This document shows, piece after piece, positions 56,914 through 64,000 of a DNA stretch of 64,000 nt. The notes under the pieces were generated by a model. That model had not been told where the DNA came from, searched no databases, and saw only the letters and a list, made by a program, of their open reading frames with translations. This DNA comes from Chitinophagaceae bacterium (GTDB lineage: Bacteria > Bacteroidota > Bacteroidia > Chitinophagales > Chitinophagaceae), in NCBI GenBank assembly GCA_046593045.1, contig JBKJRY010000364.1, forward strand, positions 982-64,981, given 5' to 3'. A program made the position numbers and the translations under genes. Each line of letters opens with the position of its first letter. Position 1 is the stretch's first letter.

Positions 56914-57912
56914 ATGGAATACACTCCAGGTTCAAACAGATATGAGAAGATGGAATACCGCAGGTGCGGGAACAGCGGCTTAAAGTTACCAGCAATTTCG
57001 CTAGGCCTGTGGCACAACTTCGGAGAAATTGATGACTACGAAAACTGCAGAAATATATTACACACAGCTTTTGATAATGGGATCACCCATTTTGACCTTG
57101 CCAATAACTATGGCCCTCCGGCAGGCGCCGCGGAGATAACTTTTGGAAAAATACTACAACAGGATTTTCTTCCGTATAGAGATGAATTAATAATCTCATC
57201 TAAAGCAGGATGGAGCATGTGGCCCGGTCCTTATGGGGACTGGGGATCAAAAAAATATTTGGTAGCCAGTCTTGATCAAAGTTTAAAAAGAATGGGATTG
57301 GATTACGTGGATATTTTTTATCACCATCGCCCCGATCCCAAAACGAACCTGGAAGAAACAATGATGGCGTTGGATCTGATAGTTCGCCAGGGTAAAGCTT
57401 TGTATGTAGGTATTTCAAGTTACAAACCGGAAGAAGCAGGAGATGCTTTTGAAATATTAAACGACCTCGGAACTCCCTGCCTCATTCATCAGCCAAGGTA
57501 TTCGATGCTGGACAGGTGGGTTGAAGATGGTTTATTAGATCTTCTTGAAGAAGAAAATGTAGGATGCATCGCTTTTTCATCCTTAGCCCAGGGCCTACTT
57601 ACAAATAAATATTTGAATGGTATTCCTGAAGATTCCCGTGTAGGCAGGCATCTTGAAAATGGAGCGATCACTGAAGGGCAGATAACGGACACCGTTATTG
57701 AAAAAGTAAAGAAACTTAATTCGATTGCTTCTGAAAGAAATCAAACACTTGCTCAGATGTCGCTTGCATGGATATTGAAAGATGAACGAATTACTTCTAT
57801 TGCTCTTGGAGCCAGCAAGCCTAAGCAGGTTACCGATGCTATTGATGCCATTAAGAATTATAATTTTTCTAAAGAAGAATTATCAAAAATTGAGTTTATT
57901 CTTAAAAGCTGA
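56914..57912 (+). CDS. gpr: Aldo/keto reductase, YghZ/Gpr-type (L-glyceraldehyde-3-phosphate reductase-like)
   Basis: 332 aa. Long blocks match my recollection of E. coli YghZ (MEYRRCG.SGLKLPAISLGLWHNFG, ITHFDLANNYGPP, YVDIFYHHRPDP, GTPCLIHQP.YS). Confidence 0.8.
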   Translation: MEYTPGSNRYEKMEYRRCGNSGLKLPAISLGLWHNFGEIDDYENCRNILHTAFDNGITHFDLANNYGPPAGAAEITFGKILQQDFLPYRDELIISSKAGWSMWPGPYGDWGSKKYLVASLDQSLKRMGLDYVDIFYHHRPDPKTNLEETMMALDLIVRQGKALYVGISSYKPEEAGDAFEILNDLGTPCLIHQPRYSMLDRWVEDGLLDLLEEENVGCIAFSSLAQGLLTNKYLNGIPEDSRVGRHLENGAITEGQITDTVIEKVKKLNSIASERNQTLAQMSLAWILKDERITSIALGASKPKQVTDAIDAIKNYNFSKEELSKIEFILKS

Positions 57913-58146
57913 TTTCGCATCTACAATTTTTGTATAAACTTTTACGGCATATCATGGTATTTTTTTGCTTTTACCATTTTAATGATATCGTCTTCATGTA
58001 ACAAAAACGAAATACGAAACAGAGCGTGATCCGAAATATTCAAATTTTAGCATCATGCTGAGTTATTTATCTATAATCAAAAACACGACTGACCCAAAAG
58101 GCAATGCAATCCTTATTACAAAATTTACCAGGATGAATTCATTATT

Positions 58147-58920
58147 CTAAAGATCAGAATATTCGGCAGCATGCATGATAATGCTATCTATATGCGATAC
58201 AGATACCTTGTTTTCGTTTTCCGGTCTTGTTGAAATATCCTTCCAAACTGAATCATCACCAAACCGCTTCCACTGCGCATTACGCTGTTCAACACTTTCG
58301 AAAATCGGCATGTACATAAAGTTGGGCATATTGCTTCCTGATAAAACCTTTGCATAAAAGACAGGATTAAAGCCAAGCCGGTTGAAAATTTCTATCTCGC
58401 CGCCTATATTGAACATTGCCATTTTCTTTTTGTGCAAATTTTCAGTGGGGCTCTCATAACTTCTCAATTCAAAAATCCTTGCCGGGTTTTTGGAAGGAGG
58501 CACAACCAAACGGGGTTGCCCCGGGAACGCATCCAGGAGAATCGATTCCATTCTTTCATATGGGGCATTATCCGACGGGGCTTCCATAAAGATTTTTGCT
58601 CCTGAAATATAATTGGCATCTTTTTCAAGCTTTCCCGATATACCAGCCCAGGAGTTTGCCGAGGAAAACGGGATGAAAACATAAATAAATTTCACAGCTG
58701 CAGTGTCGTTCGCAATTGGCTTAAATACTCCAATATTTTTTAGACCTGCATTATGTAAAGCCGGTAAATAAACATTTTTCAAAAACGCGTCAGTCTGCTC
58801 AACCTGGGCATTATTTTTTAAATGATAAATTTTTATTTCATAGAAATCTTTTTTTACCGGAGCACTGAATGCACATGTTGCAGCCAATAAAAAAAAGGAC
58901 AGAAAAAAATTGCGTTGCAT
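58147..58920 (-). CDS. NIPSNAP-family protein (two NIPSNAP repeats) with signal peptide
   Basis: 257 aa. FYEIKIYHLKN... and IFELRSYES... repeat starts, with an N-terminal hydrophobic signal. Confidence 0.7.
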   Translation of the reverse strand: MQRNFFLSFFLLAATCAFSAPVKKDFYEIKIYHLKNNAQVEQTDAFLKNVYLPALHNAGLKNIGVFKPIANDTAAVKFIYVFIPFSSANSWAGISGKLEKDANYISGAKIFMEAPSDNAPYERMESILLDAFPGQPRLVVPPSKNPARIFELRSYESPTENLHKKKMAMFNIGGEIEIFNRLGFNPVFYAKVLSGSNMPNFMYMPIFESVEQRNAQWKRFGDDSVWKDISTRPENENKVSVSHIDSIIMHAAEYSDL

Positions 58921-59467
58921 AATTTAGTATTTAGTTTTAATGTTCGCTGCGGTTAATTACCGCAAATTGAATTCCAGGCAAGGTCCTAATTTTATTGGAC
59001 ATTGCTCACAATTACTTCACTTATATCCAGGTTGTTGCCACAGGAAATTGTTCCTCACCTGGGCTGATAAGAAATGGCAAAATGCCGACGTTCTTTAAAT
59101 TCTTCAGGTGTGCAATAATCCTTACACACACCAAAACCTATTGCCATTCAATCCGTAAAACGGTGGAAATATAATCGGGATATAATTCCCATCTTTTGCT
59201 TTTAAACTTAAAATAAAAGTGGCAAATTTATCCCGCCAACTCTTATATAAATGCATGTTTATCTACAATCGTAGTGTTCCAAACTATTTAAAACAGCTAC
59301 AGCATATCAATACTTTTTTATCTTTTAATTATATTTTATTACTTTAGGTATAAATTCAATATTTCATAAATTCTGTATTATTAATAGTTTATTTAAAACT
59401 ATGGTGGTTAAATAAGCAATACTTTATCAATATTATATTAACATTTTTTAGCTAAAATATTGCTTGT

Positions 59468-60349
59468 ATGCCTACAAAATTATTAAGGGAAATAACCCCG
59501 CTGACCCAAAGTGATTGCTTTTCACTTTTTGCCAGAAGCAAAAGGGATTTTGATTTTCCATTGCATTTTCATGAAGAATTCGAATTGAATTTTATCAGGA
59601 ACGCCGGTGGGGCAAAACGCATTATAGGTGATCATGTGGAAGAAATAGGAGATACAGAACTAGTGTTGGTAGGCCCAAATCTTCAGCATGGATGGTTTAC
59701 CCACAACTGTAAAGGGAAACTTATAAAAGAAATCACTATACAATTTCATCGTGATTTGTTTGATGAAAGGTTTTTACAGAGAAATCAGATGAGTTTTATA
59801 AGGACCCTATTTCGGCAATCATCAAGAGGAGTATTATTTTCTAATTCAGCTGCCTTATCAATAATGCCGCGTTTAAAACAACTGCCGCAAAAACATGGAT
59901 TTGATTCTGTACTGGAGCTATTGTCAATCCTGCACGATCTTTCTACTTCACGCAGTATCAGAACACTTTCTGACACTTCATTCAACAGTGACATGCCTTC
60001 TTATAACAGCAGGAGAATTGAAAAGATCATGGCACATGTCAATAATAATTTTAGCCAGAATATTAGTCTAAATGACGCTTCAAAAATTGCAGGGATGACT
60101 GAAGTTTCTTTGAGCCGGTTCTTTAAACTGCGAACCGGAAAAACTTTCGTGGACACGCTAAACGACGTGCGCCTCGGACACGCATCACGCATGTTGATTG
60201 ATACAACGGATAGCATCAACGAGATTGCCTATAAATGCGGATTCAATAATATGTCGAATTTTAATAGGCTTTTTAAAAAGAAAAAGGATAGTACTCCAAA
60301 AGAATTCCGGCATTCTTATACATCAACCGGCGTGCGAACATTTATATAA
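59468..60349 (+). CDS. AraC-family transcriptional regulator (cupin-like sensor + HTH)
   Basis: 293 aa. C-terminal AraC HTH (INEIAYKCGFNNMSNFNRLFKK). Confidence 0.88.
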   Translation: MPTKLLREITPLTQSDCFSLFARSKRDFDFPLHFHEEFELNFIRNAGGAKRIIGDHVEEIGDTELVLVGPNLQHGWFTHNCKGKLIKEITIQFHRDLFDERFLQRNQMSFIRTLFRQSSRGVLFSNSAALSIMPRLKQLPQKHGFDSVLELLSILHDLSTSRSIRTLSDTSFNSDMPSYNSRRIEKIMAHVNNNFSQNISLNDASKIAGMTEVSLSRFFKLRTGKTFVDTLNDVRLGHASRMLIDTTDSINEIAYKCGFNNMSNFNRLFKKKKDSTPKEFRHSYTSTGVRTFI

Positions 60350-60578
60350 AATAGTTCCGAATTGGCTATTTAACCACCGCAAAAGTAATTTTACGGTTGG
60401 GAATATTTACCCATATTATTCGAAGAGCCTTTCCAAGGGCAAATTAAGGCAATTTTAAGTACAGCATTTTCGTTTCTACTATTAATTCAGATATAGAAAT
60501 ATCATTCTGAAACCGGTCATTTAGAACGGGTTCCTGAGTCCGGTAGGTCCAATATATCCAAAATAGAAACTCTCAATA

Positions 60579-61418
60579 ATGAAACGTACAAAAGAAAAAA
60601 CCACTATCCTTTTTGTAAACAAAAATGCGCAACCGTTAAAGCCTGTGCAGGTTTCAAGCCAGCTAATCTTAAACTGGAAAAAATATCTTGTGATAGTATC
60701 CCTGGTGTTTCTTACCTTAATTACTGCCATAGTATATTTAGCTTCCAGTAACATGCAGCAATATAAATTGCAGTTGGCCCTTTCGACAAAGCTTCATTCA
60801 ATGCGTGGAGTAATTTCAAAAGTGGATACAAATGCAATAAGAGAAAAATTTACAAAAATTGATAAGGATCTTTCAACCATTAATGGCTTTTTAAAAGCAC
60901 GAGGAGTGAAACCCGTGTTTAAAGGACCCCAAGGTGGTGAAGCGGAAAGCGGTATTTTATCTACAGAAGAAATTAGTGATTTTTACGACGGCTATCTAAA
61001 CCGGATAATTTATAACTTATCGTATACCCCTTTGGGATTACCTTTTCCGGGTACGATTACTTCTACCTTTGGTCATCGCGAAAATCCTTTTGGCGGTTCC
61101 AACATAGAAACTCACAAAGGACTTGATATAAAGGGTCCTTCAGGAGCACCGGTTAAAGCAATGGCAAAAGGAAACGTAGCTTTTGCGGGACCAAGAGGTG
61201 GGTTTGGAAATTGTATCATTTTAAAACATGGCAATGGATTTGAAACACTATATGGGCATTTATCAAAAATTACCGTAAGTTTGGGTCAGAAAATAGATAT
61301 AGGGCAGCAAATAGGCAAGATAGGATCTACCGGAAGATCAACGGGTCCACATTTGCATTATGAGATTCATAGAAATGGAGAAAAAATTAATCCACAGTCA
61401 TTTTTAACTCTTAACTAA
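60579..61418 (+). CDS. M23-family metallopeptidase (peptidoglycan endopeptidase) with N-terminal TM anchor
   Basis: 279 aa. HKGLDI and GSTGRSTGPHLHYEI zinc-site motifs. Confidence 0.88.
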   Translation: MKRTKEKTTILFVNKNAQPLKPVQVSSQLILNWKKYLVIVSLVFLTLITAIVYLASSNMQQYKLQLALSTKLHSMRGVISKVDTNAIREKFTKIDKDLSTINGFLKARGVKPVFKGPQGGEAESGILSTEEISDFYDGYLNRIIYNLSYTPLGLPFPGTITSTFGHRENPFGGSNIETHKGLDIKGPSGAPVKAMAKGNVAFAGPRGGFGNCIILKHGNGFETLYGHLSKITVSLGQKIDIGQQIGKIGSTGRSTGPHLHYEIHRNGEKINPQSFLTLN

Positions 61419-61419
61419 T

Positions 61420-61845
61420 ATGTTTAAAAAAAACAACAAGCAGGAAACGGTAGAAATTGACCAACAGGAAATTTCAACTATTATTGGCGAAGGGTATACT
61501 TTCAAAGGCGACCTACAAGGCTCAACGGTAATAAGGATTGAAGGAAAGATTATAGGAAACATCAACGTAACCGGGGGTGTGGTACTAGGAGAAAAAGGTG
61601 AAGTAGAAGGCGATATAGTGACCGACTCGGCCATCATTTATGGCAAGGTACATGGCAACGTAAAATCTACACAGCTTGAGATAAAAAAATCCGGCCAGGT
61701 AAACGGAGACATTACCACTGATAGTATTGAAATAGAAATGGGAGCACAATATAATGGAACCTTGAACATGAACCGCCCGAAGCCCGTAATGATGGAAAAA
61801 TCAGAAGGTTTAAATAAATCGTACGGTAACGCCGTGAACCAGTAA
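61420..61845 (+). CDS. Bactofilin (polymer-forming cytoskeletal protein)
   Basis: 141 aa. Repeated beta-helix pattern G.I.G.V....V.I...G.V.GDI. Starts 2 nt after the M23 stop. Confidence 0.8.
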   Translation: MFKKNNKQETVEIDQQEISTIIGEGYTFKGDLQGSTVIRIEGKIIGNINVTGGVVLGEKGEVEGDIVTDSAIIYGKVHGNVKSTQLEIKKSGQVNGDITTDSIEIEMGAQYNGTLNMNRPKPVMMEKSEGLNKSYGNAVNQ

Positions 61846-61894
61846 GGGGAATCACGAAAACGTTCCGGCAGCCCTTAATTCAATAATATAGAAG

Positions 61895-63190
61895 TCAAAT
61901 TTTTACCCTATCCATTTTGGGCACCAATAAATGCATAATAAGCCAGGCTGCGAGGTATGCAAATCCGCAAATAAAAAACATAATATAGTAGCCTGCTTCG
62001 ATATTTCCGAGTAACTTATATTTATCAAAAAGAATTCCTGCAAGCGCCGCTATTAGGATACCCCCAACAGCACCTGCCATCCCTCCAATCCCTGTTACTG
62101 AAGCCACGGTTTTTTTTGGAAACATATCCGATACCGTTGTGAAAATATTAGCACTCCATGCCTGGTGAGCGGAGGTAGCAAAACCAATAATAAATACCGC
62201 TAACCACATATTTAATTCGCCAAGCCACTGGGCAAAAACTACGGGTACTACACAAAATGCATAAATAAGCATAGAGGTTTTTCTTGCCCTGAAAACAGTC
62301 CACCCTTTTCTTACAAGATATAACGGTAACCATCCGCCACCGATACTTCCAAAGGTTGACATAGTATATACTAATGCCACCGGCAATGCAATGTCAGTTC
62401 CGGTAAGATTGTATTGGGCGTTAAGAAATGCGGGTAACCAAAAAAGATAAAACCACCAAACAGGATCCGTCAAAAATTTCCCCATAAGAAAAGCCCATGT
62501 CTGTCTGAAACCTAGTAATTTAATCCAGGAACTTTTTGGAGGCATTTCCTCTATTTCTTCAATTTCATCAATATCGCTATTTATGTAGGCAAACTCTTCT
62601 TTTGTAAGCCGTTTATTCTTCAGTGGAATTTCATAAATCCATAACCAGAGAACAAGCCAAATGAATCCAATGGCGCCAGTAATAATAAAAGCCCATTCCC
62701 ATCCAAACATTTCTGCAATCCAGGGTACAGTGAGTGGAGCAATTACCGCCCCAATATTTGATCCTGAGTTAAATATCCCGGTAGCATAGGCACGTTCTTT
62801 TTTAGGAAACCATTCGCTCACTGTTTTTATAGCCGCCGGAAAATTTCCTGCTTCACTAACGCCCAGGGCTGCCCGGGCAATTCCAAAGCCCATCGTGCTG
62901 TTTGCCAGCGCATGTCCCATTGCTGCAAAGCTCCAGGCCAATATTGATAAAGCATAACCCATCTTGGTACCTATCCAATCAATAAATCTTCCAACGAAAA
63001 GCATACCTACAGCGTATGATACCTGGAAAGCAATAACAATATTTGCATAATCGCTTTCCTGCCATTTAAATTGAACTTCAAGGTAAGGCTTCAATAAGCT
63101 GATTACAGAGCGGTCAAGGTAGTTTATTGTAGTAGCAAAGAAGAGCAGTGAACAAATAGTCCACCTGTATTTTCCCACAGTTTTTTGCAT
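61895..63190 (-). CDS. MFS transporter, hexuronate (ExuT)-like
   Basis: 431 aa. The N-terminus KYRWTICSLLFFATTINYLDR and GVSEAGNFPAAIK are typical of the ACS/ExuT subfamily. Adjacent to eda. Confidence 0.75.
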   Translation of the reverse strand: MQKTVGKYRWTICSLLFFATTINYLDRSVISLLKPYLEVQFKWQESDYANIVIAFQVSYAVGMLFVGRFIDWIGTKMGYALSILAWSFAAMGHALANSTMGFGIARAALGVSEAGNFPAAIKTVSEWFPKKERAYATGIFNSGSNIGAVIAPLTVPWIAEMFGWEWAFIITGAIGFIWLVLWLWIYEIPLKNKRLTKEEFAYINSDIDEIEEIEEMPPKSSWIKLLGFRQTWAFLMGKFLTDPVWWFYLFWLPAFLNAQYNLTGTDIALPVALVYTMSTFGSIGGGWLPLYLVRKGWTVFRARKTSMLIYAFCVVPVVFAQWLGELNMWLAVFIIGFATSAHQAWSANIFTTVSDMFPKKTVASVTGIGGMAGAVGGILIAALAGILFDKYKLLGNIEAGYYIMFFICGFAYLAAWLIMHLLVPKMDRVKI

Positions 63191-63208
63191 ATCGTATGTG
63201 TTGAAGAA

Positions 63209-63874
63209 TTATCTTACTGTCTTCACAATTTCCATAGCTTCTCTTGTAAGGGTTTCAATTTTTGCATAATCTTTCTGCTCAAGCAATTGCTTACTTACTA
63301 ATTTACTTCCCATTCCCACCGCACATACGCCGGCTTTAAACCAGCCTGCAATATTTTCTTTATCTAGATCGACACCCCCGGTTGGCATAAATAACAATCC
63401 CGGGAATAACTCTTTTATTGAGCTCATAAATACAGGACCTAAAATATTCCCGGGGAAAAGTTTAATCATTTTAGCTCCCATATTTTCGGCGCGAATAATT
63501 TCAGAAGGTGTCATACAACCTGGCACCCACAGCATATTGTTATCATCAGCTACCTTTGCAACTTCTTCTATCAAACCAGGGCAGATAATATAGTCTGCAC
63601 CCGCATCGATAAAAGTTTGCGCCATACTGCTGTTTTTAATAGTCCCAATGCCAAGGTACATGTCTTTAAAATCCTCATCACATAGTTCCCGCATTTTTTT
63701 AAAATTCTGTAAAGCCGCTTCCCCGCGATTTGTATATTCTACGGCTCTAATGCCAGCTTTGTATAGAGTTCTTAAAACTTCAAGGCTTACATCAGTATCC
63801 TTATAAAAATAGAGAGGAAGGATTCCCTGGGCGGGAATTAATTCTAATAAAGTGGTTTTTGTATCCATAATCAT
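63209..63874 (-). CDS. eda: KDPG / 4-hydroxy-2-oxoglutarate aldolase
   Basis: 221 aa. Schiff-base lysine context (AKMIKLFPG) and PTGGV motif. An alternative start is the ATG at 63868. Confidence 0.85.
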   Translation of the reverse strand: MIMDTKTTLLELIPAQGILPLYFYKDTDVSLEVLRTLYKAGIRAVEYTNRGEAALQNFKKMRELCDEDFKDMYLGIGTIKNSSMAQTFIDAGADYIICPGLIEEVAKVADDNNMLWVPGCMTPSEIIRAENMGAKMIKLFPGNILGPVFMSSIKELFPGLLFMPTGGVDLDKENIAGWFKAGVCAVGMGSKLVSKQLLEQKDYAKIETLTREAMEIVKTVR

Positions 63875-63934
63875 CTTTTATAAAGGAACAATGTTATTGG
63901 AATTATACCAGTATGCCAATTTTTTCATAATCGT

Positions 63935-64000
63935 TCAGCGCATTTTCGCATAATGGTTTACATAACTCTTGTCACTGTAGAAATTATAAAAAAATTCCGG
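63935..64000 (-). CDS. 3' end (21 codons) of an unidentified gene that begins beyond the window
   Basis: The minus-strand frame is open from the window edge: PEFFYNFYSDKSYVNHYAKMR then TGA. Too short to identify. Confidence 0.3.
   Translation of the reverse strand, partial: PEFFYNFYSDKSYVNHYAKMR

Noticed and set aside
58921-59467. A 547-bp spacer between the NIPSNAP and AraC genes containing minus-strand ORF fragments (for example the 44-aa MHLYKSWRDKFATFILSLKAKDGNYIPIIFPPFYGLNGNRFWCV, then further short frames) that might be a frameshifted gene remnant.
   Set aside because: The fragments are under 50 aa, fall in three different frames, and have no recognisable family. I cannot distinguish a decayed gene from chance ORFs without a TBLASTX search.
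1-64000. Scan by eye for tRNA, rRNA, CRISPR arrays, transposases, integrases, toxin-antitoxin pairs and known defence systems.
   Set aside because: None was recognised. There are no regularly spaced direct repeats, no tRNA-like T-arm consensus and no recombinase or reverse-transcriptase motifs in the ORF set. A tRNAscan, Infernal or defence-finder run would be needed to be definitive.

Overview
This looks like a chromosomal segment of a Bacteroidota bacterium. Support: the 3' end of sprA, a T9SS C-terminal sorting domain, and TAnnTTTG-type -7 boxes in front of operons. It looks AT-rich by eye; nothing was computed.

Most of the window is core metabolism:
- Plus strand: an assimilatory sulfate-reduction cluster, cysH-cysD-cysN-cobA-cysJ-cysI, then a DUF2490-like outer-membrane protein and a CysG(N)::TauE fusion.
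- A small sugar-type locus (LacI regulator, MFS, truncated oxidoreductase), a phosphoesterase and a Cys/Met-family PLP enzyme.
- Minus strand: a roughly 17-kb co-directional branched-chain amino-acid array. Order is leuA-leuC-leuD-(ABC ATPase)-leuB, then promoter + ilv leader peptide + attenuator, then ilvE-ilvD-(ORF6N remnant)-ilvB-(methyltransferase)-ilvN-(GH36 alpha-galactosidase)-ilvC-ilvA-(lipoprotein).
- An ATP-grasp / alpha-E / transglutaminase module whose first two genes carry in-frame stop codons.
- Two large secreted proteins: a T9SS cargo protein, and a tail-fibre-like protein with an S74 chaperone domain and a 468-nt tandem duplication.
- A divergent pair of paralogous hybrid sensor kinases plus an Hpt protein.
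- An aldo-keto reductase, a NIPSNAP protein, an AraC regulator, an M23 peptidase + bactofilin pair, and the edge of a hexuronate locus (exuT-like, eda).

I saw no rRNA, tRNA, CRISPR array, transposase, integrase or recognisable defence system, and I did not find a convincing wholly new multi-gene system.

Best leads, strongest first:
1. An unannotated ilvL-like leader peptide with an attenuator.
2. A Met/Cys-rich upstream ORF in the cys operon leader, sharing a 16-mer with the leader of the sulfhydrylase-family gene.
3. The two in-frame stops in the ATP-grasp/alpha-E module.
4. The siroheme-synthase::TauE fusion.
5. A perfect 20-bp inverted-repeat, MITE-like element.
6. The repeat-bearing tail-fibre-like surface protein.

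All family assignments come from reading the translations and recalled family motifs, not from database searches.
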